From Candidatus Binatia bacterium (lineage in GTDB: Bacteria; Desulfobacterota; Binatia; Bin18), in contig CAXXHG010000003.1 of the NCBI GenBank assembly GCA_963666315.2, forward strand, positions 8,134 through 72,133: 64,000 bases of DNA, written 5' to 3'. Positions within the stretch are counted from its first letter, which is position 1. Each line of letters opens with the position of its first letter. This document shows positions 39,355 through 51,759 of this stretch, piece after piece. The notes below the pieces were generated by a model. It was not told the DNA's origin and did not search any database. It saw only the letters and a program-made list of their open reading frames with translations. The position numbers and the translations under genes were made by a program.

Positions 39355-40572
39355 ATGTCCAGTGTTGCCTTTGAAGATAGGCGATCTGCGGCGCTGTCGG
39401 TGACTGAACTGGCGAGCCGGATTCAGGGGACGCTTGAGGCCGACTTTGGCGAAGTTTGGGTCGTGGGAGAAATTTCCGGACTGCGCGCGCCTGCGTCCGG
39501 CCATCTGTATTTCACGCTCAAAGATGACACGAGTCAGTTGCGGGGGGTGATGTTTCGCGGCTATGCACGGCTGCTGCGCTTTCAGCCGGAGGATGGGCTG
39601 GCGGTCCTTATCAAAGGGCGGGTGAGTCTCTACTCGGCACGTGGCGATCTGCAGGTGTATGCGGCAACCATGGAGCCGCGCGGACTGGGCGAACAACAAT
39701 TGGCCTTGGAGCAGCTGAAGGCCAAGCTCGCCGCAGAAGGGCTCTTTGCCACAGAGCGCAAACGTCCATTGCCGTTCTTCCCACGCTGTGTTGGGGTAGT
39801 CACCACACTGGGTGGAGCGGCCATCCACGATATCCTGACGATTCTGCACGGACGCTGTCCCTATACCCGAGTCATAGTCAGGCCTACTCAAGTCCAGGGG
39901 GCTGGCGCGGGTGTGGAGATCGCAGCAGGGATACACGATTTGAACGAGCACGGCCAAGCCGAGGTGATTATTATTGGCCGGGGCGGAGGCTCGCGAGAAG
40001 ATCTGAATGCCTTCAATGAGGAGGTCGTTGCCCGAGCCATTGCCGATTCCTCTCTGCCTGTTATCGCTGCGGTGGGTCATGAGATAGACCTGAGCATTGC
40101 CGACCTTGTGGCTGACCACCGGGCGCCAACGCCAACGGCGGCAGCGGAAATAGTCGTGCCTGTGTGGACCGACCTGTCCAGCCAGGTCGCTGGAAACGCG
40201 CGTGCCCTCGCCTCTACGATGCAGCGCTATATAGGCGACTCCCACGGGCGGGTGGATCGGCTTGCCGAGCGGATGCGCGATCCGCAGCGCCAGATTGATG
40301 CACTGCGTGAACGGCTACGGGTCTCGGTCTTACGTCTGCGTACGGCATTTCAACGCAAAAACGAATACGCACGGGCGCAAGTTCAGGACTTGGCTGCAAC
40401 GCTTAATAGTTTGAGTCCTCTTGCTGTTTTAGGACGAGGATATAGTCTCACCCGAACCGTACCTGGTAACACCCTGGTGACAACAGCTGCAAACTTGACC
40501 CGGGGTGATCAGGTCCGCTTGACCTTCGCTCACGGAGAGGCAACGGCCCGGATTGAAGAGGTTGCGAAATAG
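39355..40572 (+). CDS. xseA: Exodeoxyribonuclease VII large subunit
   Basis: GEIS..SGHLYFTLKD, RGGGS.EDL, AVGHE.D, APTPTAAAE. Confidence 0.96.
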   Translation: MSSVAFEDRRSAALSVTELASRIQGTLEADFGEVWVVGEISGLRAPASGHLYFTLKDDTSQLRGVMFRGYARLLRFQPEDGLAVLIKGRVSLYSARGDLQVYAATMEPRGLGEQQLALEQLKAKLAAEGLFATERKRPLPFFPRCVGVVTTLGGAAIHDILTILHGRCPYTRVIVRPTQVQGAGAGVEIAAGIHDLNEHGQAEVIIIGRGGGSREDLNAFNEEVVARAIADSSLPVIAAVGHEIDLSIADLVADHRAPTPTAAAEIVVPVWTDLSSQVAGNARALASTMQRYIGDSHGRVDRLAERMRDPQRQIDALRERLRVSVLRLRTAFQRKNEYARAQVQDLAATLNSLSPLAVLGRGYSLTRTVPGNTLVTTAANLTRGDQVRLTFAHGEATARIEEVAK

Positions 40573-40833
40573 ATGGAGATCCCAGCCGATAAGAAATTTG
40601 AAGACGGGCTGCAAGACTTAGAAGGACTAGTTGAGAAACTCGATGCTGGAGACTTGCCGCTTGAGGCGGCCTTACAGGCGTTTGAAGACGGCGTAGTCTT
40701 GGTACGTTTTCTTGAAGATAAGCTGACCGAAGTGGAAAAGCGGGTTGAAGTCTTAACCCGCGACAATAGTGGGATGTTTCACACTCAAAGCCTGGAAACC
40801 GATGCCGAAGCGAATGAAGAAGAGGACGCGTGA
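40573..40833 (+). CDS. xseB: Exodeoxyribonuclease VII small subunit
   Basis: FEDGL..LE..V.KL, LPLE, FEDGV. Follows xseA. Confidence 0.92.
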   Translation: MEIPADKKFEDGLQDLEGLVEKLDAGDLPLEAALQAFEDGVVLVRFLEDKLTEVEKRVEVLTRDNSGMFHTQSLETDAEANEEEDA

Positions 40834-41732
40834 ATCTCGAACGGTATTTAGAACAACGCCGCAAACTCATTGATCAGACCCTTAAGCAGCTCCTGACTGA
40901 CCATGACGCACCGCCCCGGACCCTCAGCAAAGCCATGCGGTACAGCCTGTTTTCCGGCGGGAAACGGATCCGGCCTATTCTCGCCCTGGCCAGTGGAGAA
41001 GCCGTGGGCGCACGCCCCACGCGGATACTCCCCTTTGCCTGCGCGTTGGAGATGATCCATTCGTATTCTTTAGTCCATGACGATTTGCCGGCCATGGACG
41101 ATGATGACCTGCGTCGGGGCAAACCGACCAACCATAAGGTGTTTGGTGAGGCCATGGCCATTTTAGCCGGAGATGGACTGCTCACCGAGGCCTTCCGGAT
41201 TATGGCTCAGGGCGCTCTCCGCAAGGGACAAGACCGGACCGCCGGGCTCCAAGCCATATGGGAGGTGGCTGCCGGAGCCGGGATGGCCGGCATGGTGGGT
41301 GGACAGGTCGCAGATATTGAGGCAGAGCGAAAAAAGCCGACGCGTAAAATCGTTGAATACATCCATACCCGAAAGACCGGGGCCTTACTGCGCGCTTCAG
41401 TCCGCGTCGGAGCGCGGGTTGGCGGGGCAACCTCACGACAGTTCACACGGCTCGATCAGTATGGGACGGCAGTCGGCCTAGCCTTTCAGGTGACAGACGA
41501 TATTCTCGACATTGAAGGCGGAACTGAGAAAACCGGGAAACGGGTGGGGCGAGATGCCGAGCTGAACAAGGCAACCTATCCTGCCGCCCTTGGGATGAAA
41601 AAAACCAAGCAGTACGCGCGCGTACTGCTCGATAACGCCCTCACCGCGCTCAAGACATTTGGCCCCAAAGCCGAGCCGCTCCGACAGATTGCACTGTTCG
41701 TTGTTGAGCGTGCGGTCCCATCTCAAACGTGA
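40830..41732 (+). CDS. ispA: Farnesyl diphosphate synthase
   Basis: GGKRIRP, HDDLPAMDDDDLRRG, KTG, FQVTDDILD. Confidence 0.94.
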   Translation: MNLERYLEQRRKLIDQTLKQLLTDHDAPPRTLSKAMRYSLFSGGKRIRPILALASGEAVGARPTRILPFACALEMIHSYSLVHDDLPAMDDDDLRRGKPTNHKVFGEAMAILAGDGLLTEAFRIMAQGALRKGQDRTAGLQAIWEVAAGAGMAGMVGGQVADIEAERKKPTRKIVEYIHTRKTGALLRASVRVGARVGGATSRQFTRLDQYGTAVGLAFQVTDDILDIEGGTEKTGKRVGRDAELNKATYPAALGMKKTKQYARVLLDNALTALKTFGPKAEPLRQIALFVVERAVPSQT

Positions 41733-42469
41733 GTCAACGCAAACGCCTTGATCTGCTCCTGGTTGAGCGCGGCCTCGTGACGAGCCGGGAGCAAGCCCGT
41801 CGGCTGATTATGGCAGGTGCGGTGGTCGTGGCTGAACAGAGAGTTGACAAGCCTGGTACCTTAGTGGATTTGGGAGCTTCCGTGCGCCTCAAAGAAGACG
41901 CCCGCTCTCCATACGTGAGTCGAGGCGGACACAAACTGGCAGGCGGGTTAGAGGCGTTCAGTTTGGATGTGACCGGCATCGTCGCCCTCGACGTGGGTGC
42001 GTCGACCGGCGGCTTTACCGATTGCCTGCTGCAACATGGTGCCGTCAAGGTTTTTGCCGTTGACGTAGGATATGGACAACTGGCCTGGTCCCTGCGCCAA
42101 GATCCTCGTGTAGTGAATCTAGAGCGGTGCAATATTCGTACTCTCACCTCTGACGCACTTACTGAGACGCCGAGTCTGGCTGTCATCGATGCCTCCTTTA
42201 TTTCGTTGACCTTGGTGATTCCGAAGGTCCTGAATTTGATTGCCGACAAAGGGGAGGTCGTTGCCCTGGTCAAGCCGCAGTTTGAAGTTGGGAAAGGACG
42301 CGTAGGGAAGGGCGGCGTTGTCAGAGACCCGACCCTGCATGCGGAAGTGTTAGCCCAATTGCAAAGGCAGGCCGACGTCTGGCAGGTTGAGGTGAAAGGC
42401 GTTATAGAATCTTCGTTGCGCGGGGCGAAGGGCAATAGAGAGTTTCTGCTCTATTTGCAAAAACGATGA
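41729..42469 (+). CDS. tlyA: TlyA-family rRNA 2'-O-methyltransferase
   Basis: RLD S4 domain, YVSRGGHKL, DVGASTGGFTD, LVKPQFE, GN.EF. Confidence 0.94.
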   Translation: MSQRKRLDLLLVERGLVTSREQARRLIMAGAVVVAEQRVDKPGTLVDLGASVRLKEDARSPYVSRGGHKLAGGLEAFSLDVTGIVALDVGASTGGFTDCLLQHGAVKVFAVDVGYGQLAWSLRQDPRVVNLERCNIRTLTSDALTETPSLAVIDASFISLTLVIPKVLNLIADKGEVVALVKPQFEVGKGRVGKGGVVRDPTLHAEVLAQLQRQADVWQVEVKGVIESSLRGAKGNREFLLYLQKR

Positions 42470-42499
42470 GAACATCTTGAAGAACGTTTTGAGGAGCTC

Positions 42500-43168
42500 A
42501 TGTCACTGAGTCAGAAATTGCACGCTACGGCTGTACCGATTTGGCAAAAAACCTTGAGACACCCGTTTGTTGTCGGACTTGGCAATGGAAGCCTGTCCTT
42601 AGATCGGTTTCGTTTCTATATGTGTCAGGACTATGTCTTCCTGATCGAGTATAGCCGCACGCTTGCACTCGCAACGGCAAAAGCGGCCGACCTGGAGACC
42701 ATGGGCCGGTTTGCCACTCTGCTTGACGCGACGCTGAATCAAGAGATGGCGCTCCACCGTGAATTCGCTGCGGAATGTGGTATCAGTGTGGAAACGCTGG
42801 CCGCGACGCAACCCGCACCAACAACCTTTGCCTATACGCGCCACCTGCTGGAGGTCGCTACGCTGGGCAACCTGGCTGAGATTGTAACGGCTTTATTACC
42901 GTGCCAATGGGGCTATAGTGAGATCGGACAAACACTTGCCCGGCAGGGAAAACCTGCTCATCCGCCTTATCCTCCATATTATGCAAAGTGGATAGATATG
43001 TACGCCTCTGCCGAGTTTGCCGCTGTAGGGATATGGCTGCGGGACCTACTCGACTCCCTTGCTCCGACGGCAGATGAAGAACGGCTCACGCACATTTTTC
43101 GCGCCAGCTCGCGTTACGAATATCTGTTCTGGGAAATGGCCTATCAGTCTGAGGACTGGTTAGTCTGA
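42500..43168 (+). CDS. tenA: Thiaminase II
   Basis: HPFV, QDYVFL, LLPCQWGY, WIDMY, EYLFWEMA. Confidence 0.9.
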   Translation: MSLSQKLHATAVPIWQKTLRHPFVVGLGNGSLSLDRFRFYMCQDYVFLIEYSRTLALATAKAADLETMGRFATLLDATLNQEMALHREFAAECGISVETLAATQPAPTTFAYTRHLLEVATLGNLAEIVTALLPCQWGYSEIGQTLARQGKPAHPPYPPYYAKWIDMYASAEFAAVGIWLRDLLDSLAPTADEERLTHIFRASSRYEYLFWEMAYQSEDWLV

Positions 43169-43240
43169 GGACGGGTAAATCCGATCAATCCAACCCGGCC
43201 AACCAGTCCGGGAGCACTCCTCCGGATTCCGATAGTGCCG

Positions 43241-45007
43241 CTAGGCGGCGTGTGGATACGACAACGAGGGAGACGCTGACTCAGCTCGATTGGTCGGATG
43301 GGGCAAGCCGAGTTCGGTGAACATCCAGCCTGGGCGCGCATCAAATTCGTCTTTGCGGACCTTGGCCAATGCGTCGTCAAGCGAGCAGAGTCCTGCGCAG
43401 ATTTTTTCCATAGCATCCCAGTACAACGTCGTCATCTCCCATTGTTCAACCGCTTGCCGTTTGAGGCCTTCCGCGGTGACGGTCTGACTGGTGATGACGC
43501 GTCGCATGGCATCATTGGGAACCAACATCTCGTGAATACGTGAGGGTGTTTTCAATCGGATCTTCGATAGTCTGAATATTGAGATCCGGACGCTGGACTT
43601 CATTCAAGGCTGAGTAGAGCGTCATCGATTTCCCGGAGCCGGTAGGGCCGACATGCAACACCATGCCGTAGGGGGTCACAATATGCTTACGGTAGAGTGC
43701 TAAATTGCGGGCAGAGAATCCTAAATCCGCCAGTGGCATGACCGATTTGCGCTTATCGAGAATACGCATGACGATCTTCTCGCCAAAATTCATCGGTGCG
43801 GTCGCCGCCCGCAAATCAAAATCGGCACCGCGGTGTGAGAAATGCTTAAAGACGATGCGTCCGTCCTGTGGGAGCCGTCGCTCGACAATATCCAGCTCGC
43901 TCATGATTTTAAAACGCGACATCAAAGGACGTATAAGTCCGCGGTGCTCGGACCGGTTGACGATGCGGAGCGCGCCGTCGATACGATAACGGATAACGAC
44001 GGCCTTTTCCGACGGCTCGATATGGATGTCTGAAGCCCCCATGTCGTAGGCCCGCTCGATAAGCTGATTCGCCAGCCTGATGATCAGACCGGATTCTTCC
44101 GTGACGTCATCCTTGAGCCCTTCCTTCCCTAGGGTTTCCTGGCTCCATCCTCAAACAAGGCCAAGATATTTTGTGGTCCGGTGACACTCAGCTGGGACGC
44201 GTGGACTTGGCCTTTCCATTTTTTGAGTAGCATTGTGAGTTCCCAGTTGAAGGGATTACTACACACAAAGACCTGGTCCGTACTCGACCCCTTGATATTG
44301 ATTGGTGCAACCAGATTGGTTCTGCAAAAGGGTGGCGGGAGGAGGCCTAAGGTAATATCGAGCGGGCTGAGGAATTTCACATACGGCAGATGCAGGAACC
44401 CGGCGATGAGTTTTGCCATCTAAGCTTCCGTTAACCGGAGCTGACCGGCATGCGTGTAGAGTTTGTCGGGGGTCAGCGTTGTGTCGATCTTTGTTTGCTC
44501 CACCGACAAAACAAGCTTTTTCTCTAAAAACGTTTTGAAGCGCAGAAAGTCTGACACGATGAGCGCGGGAGGCGGAATGGAAACCTTGGCCTCTTGTACG
44601 CTGCGGATTTCTTCCCAACGCATACGGGTAGCGAGATGGGTGGAGACCGCTTTCAGCAGCTTTTCTTTGCGTATCGGTTTGGTCAGATAGTCTGCTGCCC
44701 CAAGGGCAAAAGCTTTGGCCTTATCTTCGGCGTCGGCGAGCGCGGTCACGAAGATGACCGGAATATACGACAATTCCGGATTCTTTTGCAGACGCGCGCA
44801 GACCTCATACCCGTCTAATTCCGGCATCAGGATATCGAGCAGGATGAGCGCGGGTTTGGTGGCGACGATGACCTCGAGTGCCTCCAGTCCGTTCGTAGCT
44901 GTCTCGACACGATAGCCCCTCTTGGTCAAGAGGCTGGCAATGATCTTGAGATTGACTGCTTCGTCATCGACACAGCAGATGAGCGGTTGGGTCGTCTCCA
45001 TCGTCAT
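43241..45007 (-). pseudogene. Receiver domain-GspE/PilB ATPase fusion, disrupted
   Basis: REC ORF 44420..45007 is in frame with 44129..44419 across one TAG. Then a frameshift, ASDIHIEP, RLPQDG, GPTGSGKS, IEDPIE, and an internal deletion before IHEMLV. Confidence 0.8.
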
Positions 45008-45174
45008 GACGTTTTCCTCATAAGCGCCTCAGGGTTTGAAGCTAGGGAAACTGGAATGCTTCCCGCTAGTTCCAGACCCTACTTAGTTTTATGAATCGAC
45101 AAATAATATGGGATCTGTAGCCGAGTTGGGGTATTTTGGGCCTGTTATGGCTACGGAAAGGGAGGCGGCCGAGG

Positions 45175-47144
45175 CTAGCCTGCTACCCAACGTGCAAGAG
45201 TGGCTTTGAGGAGCGCAGGCTTAATCGGTTTGGTGAGGTAATCGTCCATGCCCGCAGCGAGACATTTCTCTTTATCGCCCTGCATGGCGTTGGCTGTGAG
45301 GGCAATAATGGGAATTGTCCCGAATGTCTCTCGTTAGCGAATCGCCCGGGTTGCCTCAAAGCCGTCCATCTCGGGCATTTGGCAGTCCATGAGCACGGCT
45401 GCGTATGCTTGCTGGGTCAACGTTTCGACGGCTTCTTTGCCGTTTGGGACAACGTGGGTCTGATAGCCGAACTTCTTGAGCAGGCGGGCGGTCAATTTCT
45501 GGTTAATGGGATTATCTTCAGCGATCAGTATCAGAGGTTGGCTGGCGGTCTGCCCCGCTTCTTCTATTGCAAGGGGTCGAGCACTTTGGGCAGCAGGTGT
45601 ATCGACTCCTGAGGGGCTCGAGGTGTGGGTGTCCGGCGAGAGCGGATGTCGTATGAACGGTTGCCGTGTGAACGGAAGCTCAAACCAAAATATACTGCCC
45701 TGTCCCGTTGTGCTGTCTACGCCGATCTGTCCACCCATGAGTTCGACCAAGCGTTTACAGATTGCTAAGCCCAGGCCGGTTCCTCCATACTGCCGGGTTG
45801 TTGAAGCATCGATTTGCGAGAACGCCTGAAAAAGGCGGTGACACTGCTTAGGATCAATACCGATCCCAGGATCGGAAACGCTAAAGCGTAACCGTATAGG
45901 TGCGCCGTTGGAAGCAGACTGAGCAATGCTTTGGACTGTCAGCTGAACGTCACCCTGTTGGGTAAATTTCAAGGCATTTCCAACCAAATTAAGAAGAATC
46001 TGACGCAATCGACTTAGATCACCGTGCAGCGCGTGTGGAACCTGCGGATCAAGCGGAGCGGTGAGATGCAGGCCCTTATCCTGGGCGGATTTGGTAAAGA
46101 GGGCAACGATCTCGGACAGGATATCCGCTAGGTTAAAGTCCACGATTTCAAGATCGAGTTTGCCCGCCTCGATTTTTGAGAAATCGAGAATATCGTTCAG
46201 AATGGTGAGGAGAGACTCTGCCGAACTTTGGGCTGTCGCTGTGTACTCTTGCTGCTCTGGGGTGAGGTCTGTGTCCCGTAGTAACTCAGTCATACCAAGG
46301 ATGCCGTTCATCGGCGTACGGATTTTCATGGCTCATAGTAGCCAGGAATTCCGACTTGGCTCGGTTTGCTGCTTCGGCTGCCTCTTTGGACTGTCTGAGT
46401 TCAGTCTCCAGGCGTTTGTGCTCGGTTAAATCAACCCCATAGCAGCGCAGTAATCCAACCTGAGGCAAGGGAAAGAAACCCCACTCAAAAGAGCGGCCTT
46501 GCTGGTTGACCTCAACTTTATCCTGTGTTTTCCCTTGTTCCAGGCACTGGCTGACAATCTGAATGATCGTGCGGGGTAAAATGGCCGGCAGCGCGTCCTG
46601 GGTAAAGCCGAACTCGGTAATCAGCTCCAGCATGGCTGGGTTGGCATACACCATATGAGCCCCGGTATCGAGTTCGACAATCGGGTTAGGACTCTCTTCT
46701 GGGATAGAGGCTAGCCGTTGCTGATCACGTTCCAATTCAATCTGGGCAGTGAGGTCGCGCAGGCTGATCAGCGCTCCGGAATCTTGCGCTCCGCGGAGGG
46801 GAACACAGGTGAACTCAACTGGACGCCGTACACCGTTTCAACACATAATGTAAGCTGGGAGAGAGGGAAACCGGGCTCTGGGTCTGGAGTGCTTGGAGAA
46901 TAGGGTCTTTCCTTGGAGGCGCTGTCTCATCAAGGCAAAGAAACTCTTGAAAAGGCTTGCCGATACAGGCGGCCTGTGTCCACCCTAGGAGTTGTTCAGC
47001 GGCAAAATTGAGTCCGACGATTACTCCATCCTCACGGACGACACACGCTCCTACGGGAAAAGCTTGCAGCAGGACGTGCGGTGCGAGTGCGTCCAATGTT
47101 TCGAGGGCAACGGGCCGGCTCTTCTGTTGGTTTTGAGATGCCAT
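45175..47144 (-). pseudogene. PAS hybrid sensor histidine kinase, disrupted
   Basis: PAS segments, FLATMSHE/IRTPMNG split by an extra A near 46325, N box and GGTGLGL, REC domain with in-frame TAA at 45334-45336 that continues to [10 protein letters not shown]. Confidence 0.85.
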
Positions 47145-47513
47145 AGAGATAGTCGTGTGTGTTCTTGGAGTATCGTTGGAGTCCCTTGGAGTCCCTGTGC
47201 AGAGCCTACTCTTTTCTCATATTCCCTCGAGAGAAAGAAATCGGCCTAGATGAGAAAAACTTTGATGCAACTTGAGGTATGGCGGCCGACAGCAGGCGGG
47301 ACCTATTTTATTAGGCCTGATGTGCTGAGGCGGTGAGGAGCCGTTTCGCCCGCTTGATGGAGGACCGCACAGGCTGCCATCATCTGGCTTCGGAAGCCTC
47401 AGACTATATCCGTTGCGCAAGTGATGATCTGTCGGATGACGCGTCCGGCGCTTAGTCTCCTGCCTACGGACTGAAACTTTCCAGGGGCAGGAGTCGTGAG
47501 AGAGACCAATGAC

Positions 47514-47542
47514 TTGACAGCCTCAAGGAACAGCGGTACAGA
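47514..47542 (+). promoter_or_regulatory. Sigma70-type promoter of the pyr operon
   Basis: TTGACA-17 bp-TACAGA. Confidence 0.6.
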
Positions 47543-47549
47543 AAGGGCA

Positions 47550-49237
<1,688 letters not shown>

Positions 49238-49240
49238 AAG

Positions 49241-50541
49241 ATGCGCATTGTGGTAAGTGGCGGAACTATTATTGATCCGGCCAATGAGCGGCAGAGAGCC
49301 TTGACCTGTTGATCGAAGACGGGCTGATTTGTGAACTCGGCCAGCCGGGGAGTTTGGCCATCCGTGACGCAGAACGCCTCGATGTATCCGGCTGGATTAT
49401 CGCTCCAGGGCTGATAGACATGCACGTGCATCTGCGCGAGCCGGGCTATGAATATAAGGAGACGGTGCTGACGGGAGCCCAAGCCGCAGTTGCCGGCGGA
49501 TTCACTGCGGTTGCGTGTATGGCCAATACAAACCCGGTCAACGATAATGGCACAGTCACCCGCTTCATTATTGAGCAGGCGCGTTTGGCAGGGCTCGCCC
49601 GGGTCTTTCCCATAGGCGCGCTGTCAAAGGGGCTCAAAGGAGAAGAGCTCGCGGAAATTGGGGAAATGGTCGATGCGGGTGTGGTCGCAATTTCTGACGA
49701 CGGGCGACCCATCATGGACGCCAACCTCATGCGTCGCGCGCTGGAATACTGCTCCATGTTTGATGTGCCGATCAGCGTGCATGAAGAAGATGTGAATCTG
49801 TCAGCCGGTGGCAGTATGAATGAAGGCCCCACTGCACTGCGGCTTGGCCTTCGGGGCGTACCCAGTGTAGCCGAAGAAGTGATGGTCGCACGGGATATTG
49901 CCCTGGCTCGTCTGACCGGAGGGCGGGTGCATATTGCGCATGTCAGTACGCTCAGGGCTGTGGAGTTGATCCGTCAGGCCAAAGCGGAAGACATTGCCGT
50001 GACGGCGGAAGTCGCGCCGCACCATTTTACGCTGACGGAGGAGTCGGTTGCGGGCTATAACACGAACGCAAAGATGAGTCCTCCGCTCCGACTGGCTGAG
50101 GATGTGGAGGCGATGAAGGACGGCCTACGAGACGGGACCATCGATGCTATTGCGACTGACCATGCTCCTCACCACCGGGACGAAAAAGAGCTTGAGTTCG
50201 ACCAGGCTGCCCACGGAATCACCGGTTTGGAGACGGCCCTGGCGTTGACGTTGAATCTGGTACGGGAAGGGGTCTTGTCCATGTCCGAGGCTGTTCGGAA
50301 GCTGACCGTCAATCCTGCTCGTATTCTGGGCCTTCCGTATGGAACCCTCTCGGTTGGTGTGCCTGCCGACCTGACTGTTTTTGACCCCGACGCGCTGTGG
50401 CGCGTGGATCCGCTGGCATCCCGGTCACGTAGTCAGAATACGCCTTTTGCAGGGTGGGAACTGCAAGGGAAGACGCGGCTTACCATGGTCGGCGGTCGCA
50501 TTGTGTATGACGCCGAGAAACAGGAGGGCGGAGCAGCGTGA
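49241..50541 (+). CDS. pyrC: Dihydroorotase with apparent frameshift near 49290
   Basis: [15 protein letters not shown] is in a different frame from [30 protein letters not shown]. Confidence 0.9.
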
Positions 50542-51755
50542 CGCAGAAAGTCGTATTGGCCCTTGCTGATGGGACGGTCTTTGAAGGTGTGGCCTTTGGT
50601 GCTGAGGGAGAGGCTGTTGGGGAAATTGTCTTCAATACATCACTGACCGGCTATCAAGAGATTCTCACCGACCCGTCGTATAAGGGCCAGATTGTTACCA
50701 TGACGTATCCCGAGATCGGGAATGTGGGTGTGAATTCAGAAGATGTGGAATCCCGCCAGCCGTTTGTTGAAGGTTTTGTGGTGAAGGAGTATTGGGAACG
50801 GCCCAGTAATTGGCGTGCCCAAAAGAGCTTGGCGGCGTATATGCGTGAGCACGGTATCGTCGGCATTCAGGGCATTGATACGCGCGCCCTGGTACGTCGT
50901 CTGCGTGACTACGGAGCCCAGCAGGGAGTGATCTCAACGCTTGATCTTGATCCACACCGTCTCGTGGAGAAGGCCCAGGCTGCGCCGAGTTTGGTTGGGC
51001 GCGATCTCGTACAAGAAGTCACCTGCGCTCACGCGTATAATTGGTCTCAGGGCTACTGGGAGTTGGAAAAAGGCTATCGAGTTCAGGAATCAGCGGACAT
51101 GAACCAGCCCCTAACTCCGAACTCCCAGCCCCCAACCCCTAGGTTTTCGGTTGTCGCTTATGATTTTGGGATCAAGTTCAACATCCTGCGCCATCTCGTC
51201 GAAGCGGGCTGCCGGGTACGCGTAGTCCCGGCACAGACGCCGGCTGCTGAGGTCCTGAGCCTGAAGCCTGACGGTGTGTTTTTATCAAACGGGCCCGGTG
51301 ACCCTGATGCGATCTCCTCCGCCAAGGACAATATCGCGGCTCTGCTTGGCAAGGTGCCCATGTTCGGTATCTGTCTTGGCCATCAGATCATAGGTTTGGC
51401 TCTTGGCGGACGGACGTATAAGCTCAAATTCGGACACCATGGTGGGAATCAACCGGTCATGGATCTGACGACTCGAAAGGTTGAGATTACGGCACAGAAT
51501 CACGGTTTTTGTGTTGATGTGGACTCCTTACGGGGACGGGCAGAGGTGACCCACCTCAACCTGAATGATCAGACCGTTGAGGGTCTCAGGCATACACACT
51601 ATCCGCTGTTTTCCGTGCAGTACCATCCGGAATCCTCACCCGGTCCGCATGACGCCGACTATCTATTTAGGCGTTTTACTGCGCTCATGGAAAATTTTCG
51701 ATCAGGGGATGCAAGCGCAACGAACCAGTCTGCGGGTTCGCCCGCAGACTCGTAA
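50538..51755 (+). CDS. carA: Carbamoyl-phosphate synthase small subunit
   Basis: GEIVFNT..GYQE, SNGPGDP, GICLGHQ, QYHPE. Confidence 0.97.
   Translation: MTQKVVLALADGTVFEGVAFGAEGEAVGEIVFNTSLTGYQEILTDPSYKGQIVTMTYPEIGNVGVNSEDVESRQPFVEGFVVKEYWERPSNWRAQKSLAAYMREHGIVGIQGIDTRALVRRLRDYGAQQGVISTLDLDPHRLVEKAQAAPSLVGRDLVQEVTCAHAYNWSQGYWELEKGYRVQESADMNQPLTPNSQPPTPRFSVVAYDFGIKFNILRHLVEAGCRVRVVPAQTPAAEVLSLKPDGVFLSNGPGDPDAISSAKDNIAALLGKVPMFGICLGHQIIGLALGGRTYKLKFGHHGGNQPVMDLTTRKVEITAQNHGFCVDVDSLRGRAEVTHLNLNDQTVEGLRHTHYPLFSVQYHPESSPGPHDADYLFRRFTALMENFRSGDASATNQSAGSPADS
51105..51139 (+). repeat. Five degenerate heptamers inside carA
   Basis: CAGCCCC TAACTCC GAACTCC CAGCCCC CAACCCC. Confidence 0.65.
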
Positions 51756-51759
51756 CCCT

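Noticed and set aside
39217-40245. 342-aa minus-strand ORF
   Set aside because: Antisense shadow of xseA.
45044-45081. Imperfect inverted repeat TAGGG..CTGGAA / TTCCAG..CCCTA
   Set aside because: Too short and degenerate to call a mobile-element scar or terminator.
47365-47420. Possible c-di-GMP-I riboswitch upstream of the kinase on the minus strand
   Set aside because: Only a loose likeness to the second hairpin. The first stem with its GNRA loop is absent. An Infernal search would settle it.
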